Assembly: GCA_000961645.1 (NCBI GenBank)
Contig: LADM01000128.1
Span: forward strand, 9,945-33,944
Source: Gammaproteobacteria bacterium BRH_c0
GTDB lineage: Bacteria > Pseudomonadota > Gammaproteobacteria > Pseudomonadales > Porticoccaceae
Length of the DNA stretch: 24,000 bases
Reading direction: 5' to 3'
This document shows positions 1 to 8,853 of the stretch, piece after piece. Below the pieces are notes generated by a model. It ran no database searches. It saw only the letters and a program-made list of their open reading frames with translations, and was not told the origin of the DNA. How positions within the stretch are numbered: the first letter of the stretch is position 1; every line of letters begins with the position of its first letter. The position numbers were made by a program, and so were the translations under genes.

Positions 1-442
1 CAGCGATGCCGTAACTGTTCCTGAGCTTTGTGGCGGCGACCAGCAGGTTATCACGGCGCGCGTCGAGCAATGCTTCATCGCTAACTGTGCCGGGCGTCAC
101 GATACGCATCACCTTGCGCTCTACCGGCCCCTTGCTGGTGGCCGGGTCGCCAACCTGTTCGCAGATGGCGACGGAAACACCCTGTTTCACCAGCCGCGCC
201 AGATAACCCTCAACCGCATGGTAGGGTACACCGGCCATCGGGATCGGTTCGCCTGCGGATTTGCCCCGTGCGGTGAGGGTCACATCCAGCAAACGGGCGG
301 CTTTGCGCGCATCGTCAAAGAACAGCTCGTAGAAATCGCCCATGCGGTAGAACACCATCTCATCCGGGTGATCAGCCTTAATGCGAAGGTATTGCTGCAT
401 CATGGGGGTATGGGCGTCGGCAGCTTGTGCTGGTGAGGACAT
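1..442 (-). CDS. mutS: DNA mismatch repair protein MutS, N-terminal part (gene continues beyond left edge)
   Basis: Reverse-strand reading from the ATG at 442-440: [119 protein letters not shown], the classic MutS domain I sequence. The ORF track misses it because it has no stop inside the window. Confidence 0.97.
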   Translation of the reverse strand, partial: MSSPAQAADAHTPMMQQYLRIKADHPDEMVFYRMGDFYELFFDDARKAARLLDVTLTARGKSAGEPIPMAGVPYHAVEGYLARLVKQGVSVAICEQVGDPATSKGPVERKVMRIVTPGTVSDEALLDARRDNLLVAATKLRNSYGIA

Positions 443-486
443 GGAGAACCTGTAGCGATTATTAAGCGGGTGATTCTACGTGATTG
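412..486. repeat. Direct repeat copy 1 (75 bp perfect), spanning the mutS start codon and 5' leader
   Basis: gggcgtcggcagcttgtgctggtgaggacatggagaacctgtagcgattattaagcgggtgattctacgtgattg is identical to 3098-3172. Homology with 3 mismatches extends left to about 396. Confidence 0.95.
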
Positions 487-520
487 ACAGTGGGTAGCGG
501 AACTACCGGTGCCGGCTGGT

Positions 521-800
521 TTACGTTATGTTGTACTTTTGCGCCAGATGCAGATCGACGCAATGGTGGACACCAAAACCGAAGGCGTTGTGGCGTGGTT
601 TGCGATTGAAGCGAATGTTCTCTGGATCACCATATTCTTTTGAATCCCGTCCTGCCAGGGTGGTGCACATAAGAATCTTGTCACCTGGCATAACTTCAGC
701 GCCATTGATCTCGATTGATTGATGCAAGTTCTAAACGTGCTGACAGGTGGATAGGCGCGCATTAATCCGAGAAAAACCTTGATAGGAAATTTGTGGTCTT
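521..800 (-). pseudogene. Cytochrome P450 C-terminal remnant, frameshifted and truncated
   Basis: Frame of ORF 526..888(-) carries GLMRAYPPVSTFRTC. The adjacent frame, ORF 521..727(-), continues with INGAEVMPGDKILMCTTLAGRDSKEYGDPENIRFNRKPRHNAFGFGVHHC, including the FGxGxHxC heme-binding motif. The frame switch falls at a gattgattgatg repeat (713-724). Sequence ends just after the heme Cys. Confidence 0.8.
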
Positions 801-1069
801 TGATCCTGATTGCCGCAGCTACCAGCTTCACAGTGCTGATGCTGGGGCCGACGCTGCTGGGGATTTGCCGGGGCTCTGGGAGCCGCAATCATTATGTGCT
901 TGGTGCCCAAGGGGCTCGTGCCCTTCGGACTTGCGGTCGTGTACACCAGGCAGGCGGTCGCCGCTGCTTTTGGGTAATCTATCGGCAGCTGTTGGGTGGG
1001 ATGATTGGCTGGCGTGGCGTCTTCTGGGTGCTAGTCCCGATTATTGTTGGTTGGCTTAACTTGGCTTAA
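779..1069 (+). pseudogene. Possible remnant of an MFS-type multidrug transporter (frameshifted)
   Basis: Hydrophobic ORF ending QLLGGMIGWRGVFWVLVPIIVGWL resembles the conserved GW(R)xxFW segment of MFS drug exporters. An overlapping +frame reads LVPFGLAVVYTRQAVAAAFG. Weak evidence. Confidence 0.3.
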
Positions 1070-1086
1070 ACCAAATAAAGTAACTT

Positions 1087-2349
1087 TTATTCGATCCGAA
1101 AGTCAGTGCTCAAAGCCCGCCAATGCGCTTCTAACTGCTCTTTATGGTTATGCTGCATGGGCAGGTCTGTGAGTGCTGATGTCCATAGTGTCCTGGCTTT
1201 GTCGAGGGTGTCGTTCAGGTGAGGCTTGATTGCGCGCCAAGGTATGTCTGCTTTTTCTGACCAGGTCTTGAAATCTCCAAGGTTTGCCTTGTACCAGTCT
1301 TTGTTATTCCCCAAATTCAGCGCCAACAGCCGTTCTCCAGCGATGTACGTTTTAGTGGTGAGTATGTCGTAGGCCGGGGACAGTTCCGGTGTGCTCTTGT
1401 CGGGGTAGATCACGCTCCAGTTTTTCAGATGAGCATCGCCATTGGCTAGCAATATGTTCACCAGTAGTCGGCGGGCGAATTGCTGTACATTGGCCAAGGG
1501 GTCACCGGTGTACTGATAGAGGACTTTGCCAATCTGTTCTGCGTTGGCGCTGTCGTATTTTTCATGGGGATACTTGACCAGAATTTGCGCGAAATCCTCC
1601 ATGTGTATTCGCTGGCTGTTGTGTCTGTCGAAGCGGCGTATGGCAAAGGCAAATTGCTCGTTGGGGAGGTTGATGGGAGGTAGTGCTCCCAGCTTCTCAA
1701 TCTCTACCAAGCGAATATCGGGGATGTCGATGCCAGCCAATTCTGCCAGCCGCATTGCTGTGTATTCGTTCAACGGCACATTAGCGTGTTTGGTGGATGG
1801 GGTTTTGACGATCCAGTCTCCGAGATCTCCCGATTTGGCTATCTGATAGCGCCCTTCCTTTTCCCGCATGGAGAACTTCATCTGGATGCCTGCCAGAGAG
1901 AAGCGATTGGTCTGGTCTTGTACTGCGGGTTTGATCGCCCTGGCGTTGCCTATGGCGTTGAGAACGTAGCTGGGTATTTCGCCTGGATCTAGCGGCGTCG
2001 CGATCACCGCACCAGGCAGATCCTGCCCCAAGTATGTGAATAACTTAAATTCGTTATCGATATGAATCTTCAGCATTTGCGCTAGCAGCTCGCGCAATGC
2101 GCCTTCAGGTAGAAGATTCGACAGAACCGGGTGTAATCGTTGCCGCCTTGCCCATGGTGTTCGCAGTACTTTATTGACGTGGGGGAAAGTAGGGTGGGTA
2201 ATAAGAGTGAATGTAGGCCGCGAGTTGTCGGCGATAAACTCTGGTGCAAAGTGAAGAACATTGCGCCCATCCTGGAATCCTGTCAGGTATCCGACAGTGG
2301 CATTGTGGAGACTGAGTTTGAGCACGCTTGCGTCCAGCACGGTCGTCAT
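1087..2349 (-). CDS. hipA: HipA-family serine/threonine kinase toxin
   Basis: 420-aa ORF with HipA-family features: LHPVLSNLLPEGALRELL, RFSLAGIQMKFSM, WIVKTPS, NEYTAMRLAELAGI, FAIRRFDR, NILLANGDAHLKNWSVIY, SPAYDILTT. Start overlaps the upstream hipB stop (ATGA). Confidence 0.93.
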   Translation of the reverse strand: MTTVLDASVLKLSLHNATVGYLTGFQDGRNVLHFAPEFIADNSRPTFTLITHPTFPHVNKVLRTPWARRQRLHPVLSNLLPEGALRELLAQMLKIHIDNEFKLFTYLGQDLPGAVIATPLDPGEIPSYVLNAIGNARAIKPAVQDQTNRFSLAGIQMKFSMREKEGRYQIAKSGDLGDWIVKTPSTKHANVPLNEYTAMRLAELAGIDIPDIRLVEIEKLGALPPINLPNEQFAFAIRRFDRHNSQRIHMEDFAQILVKYPHEKYDSANAEQIGKVLYQYTGDPLANVQQFARRLLVNILLANGDAHLKNWSVIYPDKSTPELSPAYDILTTKTYIAGERLLALNLGNNKDWYKANLGDFKTWSEKADIPWRAIKPHLNDTLDKARTLWTSALTDLPMQHNHKEQLEAHWRALSTDFRIE

Positions 2350-2666
2350 GCCTCGTCCTCAAGTAGTCCCTTCCAGGGGTTTTCTGCCCCAGAGGACGAA
2401 GGAGTTTGTTCCGTTTCAGTGCTGCTTGGCTTATTCGCTGTGTTGCTCAGCAGCTCGCGCACGGCCTGTAGCTTTTCTTGAGGAATAAGCATGAGTTCCA
2501 ATTTCAGCCCTTTTGCCACCAGTTCCAGTGTGTCCAGGCGCGGGTTACCTTCAGCCTCCAGCCGCTGGTATTGCTGGCGAGCCATGCCGACTTTTAGCGT
2601 CATGTCTTCTTGTTTAAGACGTAACGCTTTACGGCGGGCTCTCAGTTGTTCGTGAATGCTGCTCAT
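2346..2666 (-). CDS. hipB: HipB-like XRE-family antitoxin
   Basis: HTH_XRE sequence LRARRKALRLKQEDMTLKVGMARQQYQRLEAEGNPRLDTLELVAKGLKLELMLIPQE directly upstream of and translationally coupled to hipA. Confidence 0.88.
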   Translation of the reverse strand: MSSIHEQLRARRKALRLKQEDMTLKVGMARQQYQRLEAEGNPRLDTLELVAKGLKLELMLIPQEKLQAVRELLSNTANKPSSTETEQTPSSSGAENPWKGLLEDEA

Positions 2667-2719
2667 GGCTTAGGGTGATCGGCTACGGGAGTGATACTTG
2701 GCGTGTGTGATACATATTA

Positions 2720-2789
2720 GTTGCTTTTTTTAACATTGCAATTAATGTGTTGCTATTTTATAAAAAAGAAGCAAAAGAGTTGCTATTTT
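2720..2789. promoter_or_regulatory. Operator-like iterated motif (GTTGCT[A/T]TTTT x3) upstream of hipB
   Basis: GTTGCTTTTTT at 2720-2730 and GTTGCTATTTT at 2749-2759 and 2779-2789, spaced 29-30 bp in an AT-rich region directly upstream of hipB. Inverted TTTTTATAAAAAAGAAGCAA lies between copies. Confidence 0.35.
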
Positions 2790-3097
2790 GGTGGGGTGTC
2801 AGAGTATGGCTGGATTGGCGTGGTATACAAATGCTGTGCTGTGCCATGTTTCCGCCTGAAGAAATGCAGTGATGATGGCCGATCCTTAAGCTGGAAGCGC
2901 CATAGTAGGCCTCTTGGGGATGGCATCGTATCTGCCTCAAGTAGTCGGGAGGTTCTCTAAATACTGGGTGTGTGTGGATCAAGAATTGACCGATTTGATG
3001 CCCAGAATTAGTGTAGATTTTAGTATAGGTTGCCCTGTAAATATTTATAAAAAATATTATAAATCAATGGTAAAGCACCAATGCATGATTGGGGTAC

Positions 3098-3172
3098 GGG
3101 CGTCGGCAGCTTGTGCTGGTGAGGACATGGAGAACCTGTAGCGATTATTAAGCGGGTGATTCTACGTGATTG
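3098..3172. repeat. Direct repeat copy 2 (75 bp perfect) of the mutS 5' region
   Basis: Identical to 412-486. Extended homology 3082-3172 encodes [16 protein letters not shown] on the minus strand, i.e. a diverged, truncated mutS start. Confidence 0.95.
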
Positions 3173-3284
3173 GTCAGGGATTGCGGAACCACTGTCAACC
3201 GATAATCATCGCGTCTGCATAGGTAGCGTGAATATGCCCAGGGGTTGCCGACCAAACCTGACGCCTTCGAAGCCATTGGACGCA

Positions 3285-3338
3285 ATAGACAGTCTTCTGA
3301 CAATTGACAGTCTTCTGACAATAGATCGCCTTCTAACA
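3285..3338. repeat. Three 18-bp tandem repeats
   Basis: atagacagtcttctgaca / attgacagtcttctgaca / atagatcgccttctaaca, aligned by eye. Confidence 0.85.
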
Positions 3339-3398
3339 GTACCAATGTAAGTGCTAGCGTTGAGGATTCACTATTACCTGTTTTTTAAAGCGCCAGGG

Positions 3399-4361
3399 CT
3401 AGTCGTTATCCGGTTGAGAGCGGCGCCACTGCCCGGGTGTGGAATGGAATGTGTTGCGAAAAGCCCGGCTAAATGATGCCTCTGACTCGTAGCCAACCTC
3501 ATGGGCAATATTGACAATGCTGAGAGGTGATTCACGCAGCCTGACTGCCGCAAGCTGGAGGCGCCATTGGCTGAGATAGCGCATGGGCGGAAGCCCGACC
3601 AGTTGGGTGAAGCGTTCAGCAAAGGCGGAGCGCGACAGGTTGGCTGATTTCGCCAATTCGTCCGTGGTCCATTGATGTGCCGGTTGGCGATGTAGCTGGG
3701 CCAGGGCTTTGCCAACTTTGGGGTCGCGTAAACCTGCGAGCCAGCCTGTGTTGCTGGCCGGGAGTGTGAGCAGGTATCGGCGCAGCGCTTCCACAAACAG
3801 CAGTTCCGCCAGTTTGCCAAGAATGGTGGCGGACCCTACGCCACCGCGGGAAAACTCCTGCGCCGCATGCTGAAAGGTACTTGCCATCCAGTTGTCTGAA
3901 TCAGCCTGGCCAACATTGAGCTGGAGCAACGATGGCAGCGAATTGATCAGTGGATTGTCTGGGATATCGCAGCCGAGAAAGCCGCAGATGATATGGCAGG
4001 GTTCTCCACCACCGCCGAAATGTAACAGTGCCGGGCCAGAGGCGTTATCTGTGTTGATAAGGTGATCAATGCTGGCCGGACGCAGCCCTTTTTTGCTGGC
4101 CAGTATATGCCTGCCGTTTTGCGGCAAAAGAACGATATCACCGCTTTGCAGTTTATGGGGAAGTTCAGCGCCACTGCCCAGATACAGCTCGCCGCTAACG
4201 ATGTAGTGGTAGGCGATGATGGCTGTCGGCACAGCACCATAGGGCTTGCAATCATCGGGTGTTATTTGCGCTTCAATACACCAGGGTGCGGTGAAACGGG
4301 CATCGAGAAAGACGCTGCTGGAAAATCGTATGGTGGCAATAATATCGGATAACACGTCCAT
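3399..4361 (-). CDS. AraC-family transcriptional regulator with N-terminal cupin-type domain
   Basis: C-terminal double HTH: TTDELAKSANLSRSAFAERFTQLVGLPPMRYLSQWRLQLAAVRLRESPLSIVNIAHEVGYESEASFSRAFRNTFHSTPGQWR. N-terminal ligand-binding region includes SGDIVLLPQNGRHIL. Confidence 0.95.
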   Translation of the reverse strand: MDVLSDIIATIRFSSSVFLDARFTAPWCIEAQITPDDCKPYGAVPTAIIAYHYIVSGELYLGSGAELPHKLQSGDIVLLPQNGRHILASKKGLRPASIDHLINTDNASGPALLHFGGGGEPCHIICGFLGCDIPDNPLINSLPSLLQLNVGQADSDNWMASTFQHAAQEFSRGGVGSATILGKLAELLFVEALRRYLLTLPASNTGWLAGLRDPKVGKALAQLHRQPAHQWTTDELAKSANLSRSAFAERFTQLVGLPPMRYLSQWRLQLAAVRLRESPLSIVNIAHEVGYESEASFSRAFRNTFHSTPGQWRRSQPDND

Positions 4362-4606
4362 CAGTTTGCATCCTGTAAACAGGCCATTGTTGTTGCTGAA
4401 TGCGCTGCAATGACTGTCTGATTGCTGTTCAGACCAGACGGGCCAACATCCCTTCTGATCATGATTCCCATACCGGCGTTGAGGACAATAACTCCGGTGT
4501 TCTGGCCATAGCGGGTGAATGGCCCAGGGACTATCCTCACTCCACAGTCACCCTGATGATTTACCGGGGCCGACCATGGTATTTCAACAGTGATGGAGGT
4601 GTTTCC

Positions 4607-5965
4607 ATGTCCAGCTTTGCGGAATTGGATTTGCGCTGTACAGGTGCAAATGATGACAGTCTGGCTATTTATCACCAGGCCTTGCAGGAATTCAATTGCT
4701 ATATCGATGATCCGCTGCTGACGACCGACCGGGCGCTAGCGAATTCGCCGGATTTTGTCATGGCCCATGTGCTGCACGCTTACCTCCACCTGTTGGGCAC
4801 TGAGCCGGCAACCCTGGCCATCGCCAACAGCAGTAGAGAACGCGCACAGCGCATCGCTGGCAATGAGCGGGAAAGAGCTCACACTGCCGCTGTAGCGTAC
4901 TTGGTGGAAGGGCGCTGGCGACAGGCGGGGCGGGTACTGGAAGATATCTCGGCGGCATACCCTGTGGATATCCTCGCCCTGCAGGCAGGTCATCTGGTGG
5001 ATTTTTATACCGGTAACAGCCGCATGTTGCGCGACCGCATAGCCCGCGCTTTACCAGCATGGTCTGCAGCTATGCCGGGTTATCACAGCGTTTTGAGTAT
5101 GTACGCATTCGGCCTGGAAGAAACCGGAGATTACACCAAGGCCGAGACGCTGGGCCGGGAAGCGGTTGCACGCAATGCGCGGGATGGCTGGGGCCAGCAT
5201 GCGGTGGCCCATGTGCTGGAAATGCAGGGCCGTGCTGGCGAGGGCGTGCAGTGGATGCGGGAAAATGTGGCAGGCTGGGCAACAGGCAGTTTCTTCCAGG
5301 TCCACAATTGGTGGCACCTGGCGCTGTTCTATCTCGATCAGGAAGCTATCGCCGAGGTGCTCAAGCTGTTTGATCAGCCCATTTACGGCCAGCCATCCAA
5401 CCTGATACTCGATATGGTCGATGCTTCTGCGCTATTGTGGCGGTTGAATCTGCTGCAGATCGATGTGGGCACGCGCTGGCAATCGGTTGCCGACAACTGG
5501 CAGCCGGTTTCGACAGCGGGAAACTACGCCTTCAACGATGTACATGCAGCCATGGCATTGGCTTGCAGCAACAGGATGGATGCTATTGGCGGGATTATTG
5601 ATACCCAGAAAGAGGTGATGGCCAGCGCCAGCGACAATGCTATTTTTGTCCGCGATGTGGGACAGCCGTTGACATTGGCTATTGTGGCCTTTGCCGAGGG
5701 CGACTATGCGAGGGTGATTGAGCTTGTCAGGCCGGTCAGGGAGATTGCCCAGCGTTTTGGCGGCAGTCACGCACAGCGGGATGTCATAGATCTAACCCTT
5801 GTTGAAGCTGCGATCAGGGGTGGTGAGCAATCCCTGGCCCGGGCACTGGTCAACGAACGCCTGGCCATCAAACCGCACAGTGCTGCCAATCAAACGTTGA
5901 TGGGGCGTGTCAATGGAATGGGGCGAATGGCGGTAGCGGGCAGAATGGTTGGGGGCAATTCATGA
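4607..5965 (+). CDS. Tetratricopeptide-repeat protein (TPR38-like)
   Basis: In-frame ATG at 4607 preceded by GGAGG (tgatggaggtgtttccATG). Protein has TPR-like helices and the motifs [20 protein letters not shown] and [12 protein letters not shown]. The 69 codons upstream (4400-4606) look non-coding. Confidence 0.8.
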   Translation: MSSFAELDLRCTGANDDSLAIYHQALQEFNCYIDDPLLTTDRALANSPDFVMAHVLHAYLHLLGTEPATLAIANSSRERAQRIAGNERERAHTAAVAYLVEGRWRQAGRVLEDISAAYPVDILALQAGHLVDFYTGNSRMLRDRIARALPAWSAAMPGYHSVLSMYAFGLEETGDYTKAETLGREAVARNARDGWGQHAVAHVLEMQGRAGEGVQWMRENVAGWATGSFFQVHNWWHLALFYLDQEAIAEVLKLFDQPIYGQPSNLILDMVDASALLWRLNLLQIDVGTRWQSVADNWQPVSTAGNYAFNDVHAAMALACSNRMDAIGGIIDTQKEVMASASDNAIFVRDVGQPLTLAIVAFAEGDYARVIELVRPVREIAQRFGGSHAQRDVIDLTLVEAAIRGGEQSLARALVNERLAIKPHSAANQTLMGRVNGMGRMAVAGRMVGGNS

Positions 5966-6381
5966 TGAAAAAACTGGCAATCATCATACGCGACGATGGC
6001 TACGATAAATTGTTGACACCCCTCACCTTTGCCTATGCGATGGCCGCTGAGGGCGTTGAAGTGGATGTGCTTTTTGTCCTCTGGGCGGTGCGGGTATTGA
6101 CCCCTGAAGGGGCTGCCAGCGTGGCCATTGAGGGCCGCCATGCCGAGGATATGGACTGGTTGCGCAAACGACTGGCCGAGGAGGGCGATCCGGTGGAGAT
6201 AGCGGATTTCCTCCAGCTCCTCAAGGCGAGCGGAAAAGTCAGCCTTTATGGCTGCAAATATGCGGCGTCAACCTTCGCTGTTGCAGCTGAGAACCTGCTC
6301 GACAGCGCAACCGCTATTGTTGATCCTGGCTGGTTTCTCAGGGAAAAGGCAAGCAAGGCAGATCACTGCCAGTATTTTTAG
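5962..6381 (+). CDS. DsrE/DsrF-like family protein
   Basis: 139-aa ORF: [46 protein letters not shown]...[25 protein letters not shown]. Start overlaps the upstream TPR gene stop. Confidence 0.75.
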   Translation: MMKKLAIIIRDDGYDKLLTPLTFAYAMAAEGVEVDVLFVLWAVRVLTPEGAASVAIEGRHAEDMDWLRKRLAEEGDPVEIADFLQLLKASGKVSLYGCKYAASTFAVAAENLLDSATAIVDPGWFLREKASKADHCQYF

Positions 6382-6452
6382 CAAGGGCCAACTCAGGTCA
6401 GATTTCTGCGTCCCTAGGCGAGTTTGTTTCGGTGGCGCTGGTAAGGCGGGTG

Positions 6453-7151
6453 TCAGGGTTCGAGCTGAATCATGCCCTCGGGGATCATGTAGCCGATATG
6501 ACGCACGGTGACGATGTACTTCGGATTGCTGGGCTTATCCTCAAGCTTCTGCCGGAGGCGGGCAACAAAGTTGTCAATGGCCCGGTCCACCGGGTTCCAC
6601 TCCTTGTCGAACACCTCAAGGGACAGAGTCTCCCGCGACACTGAACGGTTTCCGGCATCGACAAGTAGCTTGATGAAAGCGTATTCCCGCGAGCTGAGGA
6701 AAATTCTGTCCCTGCCGCTTTTCAAACATCGCTCTTTGGTATCCAGAAGCAGCAACCCCGTCCGGGAATCCTCCTGAGGTCTGTCACCCCAGCGCCTGAG
6801 AACTGCGTTTACCCGGGCAAGGAGAAGCCTGGGGTCAAACGGTTTGGCTATATAGTCATCGGCGCCAATCTCCAGGCCGACCACGGCATCGATGTTGTCG
6901 TCCAGGGAGGTCAGCATGATGACAGGGGTATTGTATGTGCCCTTGATCCACTTGGTGAGTTCTATGCCGCTCTCGCCAGGCATGATGACGTCGATGGTGG
7001 CGAGATCGAACCTGTCCTGTTGCAGCAACGCCCTCGCTTCTCTGGCATTTCCGGCGTGGCGGCAGGCAAAGCCGTACTTCTCGAACAGGGCGCTCAACTG
7101 TTGTCGCATCAGCAGCTCGTCGTCGACGACCAGAATTTTTTTTGGCTTCAT
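6453..7151 (-). CDS. OmpR/PhoB-type response regulator (receiver + winged helix)
   Basis: Receiver motifs ILVVDDE, LATIDVIMPGESGIEL, VIMLTS, GADDYIAKPF. C-terminal winged helix LSSREYAFIKLLVDAGNRSVSRE...RAIDNFVARLRQKLED...IVTVRHIGYMIPEG. Confidence 0.95.
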   Translation of the reverse strand: MKPKKILVVDDELLMRQQLSALFEKYGFACRHAGNAREARALLQQDRFDLATIDVIMPGESGIELTKWIKGTYNTPVIMLTSLDDNIDAVVGLEIGADDYIAKPFDPRLLLARVNAVLRRWGDRPQEDSRTGLLLLDTKERCLKSGRDRIFLSSREYAFIKLLVDAGNRSVSRETLSLEVFDKEWNPVDRAIDNFVARLRQKLEDKPSNPKYIVTVRHIGYMIPEGMIQLEP

Positions 7152-7182
7152 AGCTCTCGCCGTATTCGGTTAAGACACTGTT

Positions 7183-8508
7183 TTATGGGCTCGATGAATC
7201 ACTCGCCGTGGGACTCTGAGCAGGCTTGCGGTACAGTGCTGCCTCTTTCAATAATTTGGCGCTTCTGGCATCCATGGGCAGTGTTTTGACGATCTTGATC
7301 TTGGCGTCCTCGGCTCTGTCCCGCTCCTCGAACAGGTCGACAAGCTTTGGCTCTATTTTAGTTCCGTCCGGGGAGAGCACCACCAGAACCTGGGGAAGAA
7401 TCATATAGAAGGGGTTCTTTTCCACGACAATCGCGGTTTCGCCAGTATTGAGTATAACCAGAGTTCCCAGCGGATAGACCCCCATAAAGCGGATAAATTT
7501 TTCGACCAGTTGCGCGTCAAACTGCTTGCCCTTCTGGGCGTAGATCTCCCCCATGGCGCTGGTGGGCGACAGCACCGGCTCACGATAACTGTCGGAGGAG
7601 GTCAGTCGGTCATAGACGTCGACAATGGCGACAATGCGTGCGTTGAAGGGGATTGCCGAGCCCTTCAGCTGGCGCGGGTAGCCGCCACCGTCAACATGTT
7701 CATGGTGGGAATAGGCGACATCCACGGCGGGCCAGTAGTACTCGTTGGAGGTCAGAATTCCGCTCCCCAGGCTGGCGTGGGATTTCACCTTGCCGTACTG
7801 CTCCGGGGTAAACCGGCCAGCGCCGTCCACCAACTCGGGGGGCACTTTCAACATGCCGACGTCATGAAGCAGGGCGCCGAGGGCGAGATCTTCCAGTGCC
7901 CTGTTGTCGAGGTTGAGAAATCTGCCGAACGAGGTGGCAAGGGCACAACAGGAAATGGCATGGCTTTCCAGGTTGATGCTGGCGCGCTCCATCTGGGCAA
8001 TCAGTGTCAGGGTGTAGGGGTTGGATATGACAGACTCGACACAGGAATCGACAATCGTTCTGACGGTTTTGGATGACTCCCCTGAATCCATGGCAATCTT
8101 GTCGAGCAAACCGAAGGTTAGCTTGGTTACTCTTTCATAGGTTTTCTGTTCCTGATCCCAGCTGGTTTGATCCGGAAATTTGTGGATCTCCTGGGTTCTC
8201 AGTGCGCCATAGTCTTTATCGTCGAGTGTGCCCCTGGAAATGGATTCGAAAACATCGATGTAAACGTATTCACTGTATTTGCGAACCTCGTCTATATCGT
8301 CTTCGCTGTAAATATAAAACCCCTGAATGGCAAAAGGGGTTTCAAGCCAGGGTCTGTCCATTTCGGAGACGAACATCCCGACCTTGAGATCGTGGGTATG
8401 AATTTTTTTGTGCTTGCGCTCCAGGCTGGTGTGAAGATATTTCCTGCCCGGACTGTCAGTTCGCGTTGTGGTTGTCCGCCAGGATTTGCGTCTGAGAAAC
8501 TTGAACAT
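7183..8508 (-). CDS. HD-GYP domain protein (putative c-di-GMP phosphodiesterase) with N-terminal DUF3391-like region
   Basis: LGALLHDVGMLKVPPEL, SHASLGSGIL, YSHHEHVDGGGYPRQLKGSAIPFNARIVAIVDVYDRLTSSDSYR. N-terminal IHTHDLKVGMFVSEMDRPWLETPF. Start placed at MFKFLRR (8508); 8544 or 8625 are in-frame alternatives. Confidence 0.92.
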   Translation of the reverse strand: MFKFLRRKSWRTTTTRTDSPGRKYLHTSLERKHKKIHTHDLKVGMFVSEMDRPWLETPFAIQGFYIYSEDDIDEVRKYSEYVYIDVFESISRGTLDDKDYGALRTQEIHKFPDQTSWDQEQKTYERVTKLTFGLLDKIAMDSGESSKTVRTIVDSCVESVISNPYTLTLIAQMERASINLESHAISCCALATSFGRFLNLDNRALEDLALGALLHDVGMLKVPPELVDGAGRFTPEQYGKVKSHASLGSGILTSNEYYWPAVDVAYSHHEHVDGGGYPRQLKGSAIPFNARIVAIVDVYDRLTSSDSYREPVLSPTSAMGEIYAQKGKQFDAQLVEKFIRFMGVYPLGTLVILNTGETAIVVEKNPFYMILPQVLVVLSPDGTKIEPKLVDLFEERDRAEDAKIKIVKTLPMDARSAKLLKEAALYRKPAQSPTASDSSSP

Positions 8509-8853
8509 AGGATATTGCTTGACTCGTTGGAGGGGCTCCGACATACCGCAACCGCATATACCGCAACCGTATACTGTGGTTGTTACATCTTCTCGGGTAA
8601 TGCCAATTCCATCTGTATAGAGCACAACCGGTGGTTGGCATTCTATATACCACTGAAATGGGCCTCAATTGTTATATTGTAACGGCAATGTAACTATTGT
8701 CGCCCACTAGCATCAGGCGCGGGGCGATGAGGTATAGTGGCATCCCACTTAAGCAGGGTAATAAAAGGCGAAAGGAGATGGCACAGGCCCCAAGCAGTTC
8801 AATGACCCCAATCAGTTCAGTGAACAGTCCCACGACCGGGATGGCTGTTTGAT

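Noticed and set aside
3285-3338. Could the 18-bp repeats be a CRISPR?
   Set aside because: Units are contiguous with no unique spacers and only three copies. A simple tandem repeat.
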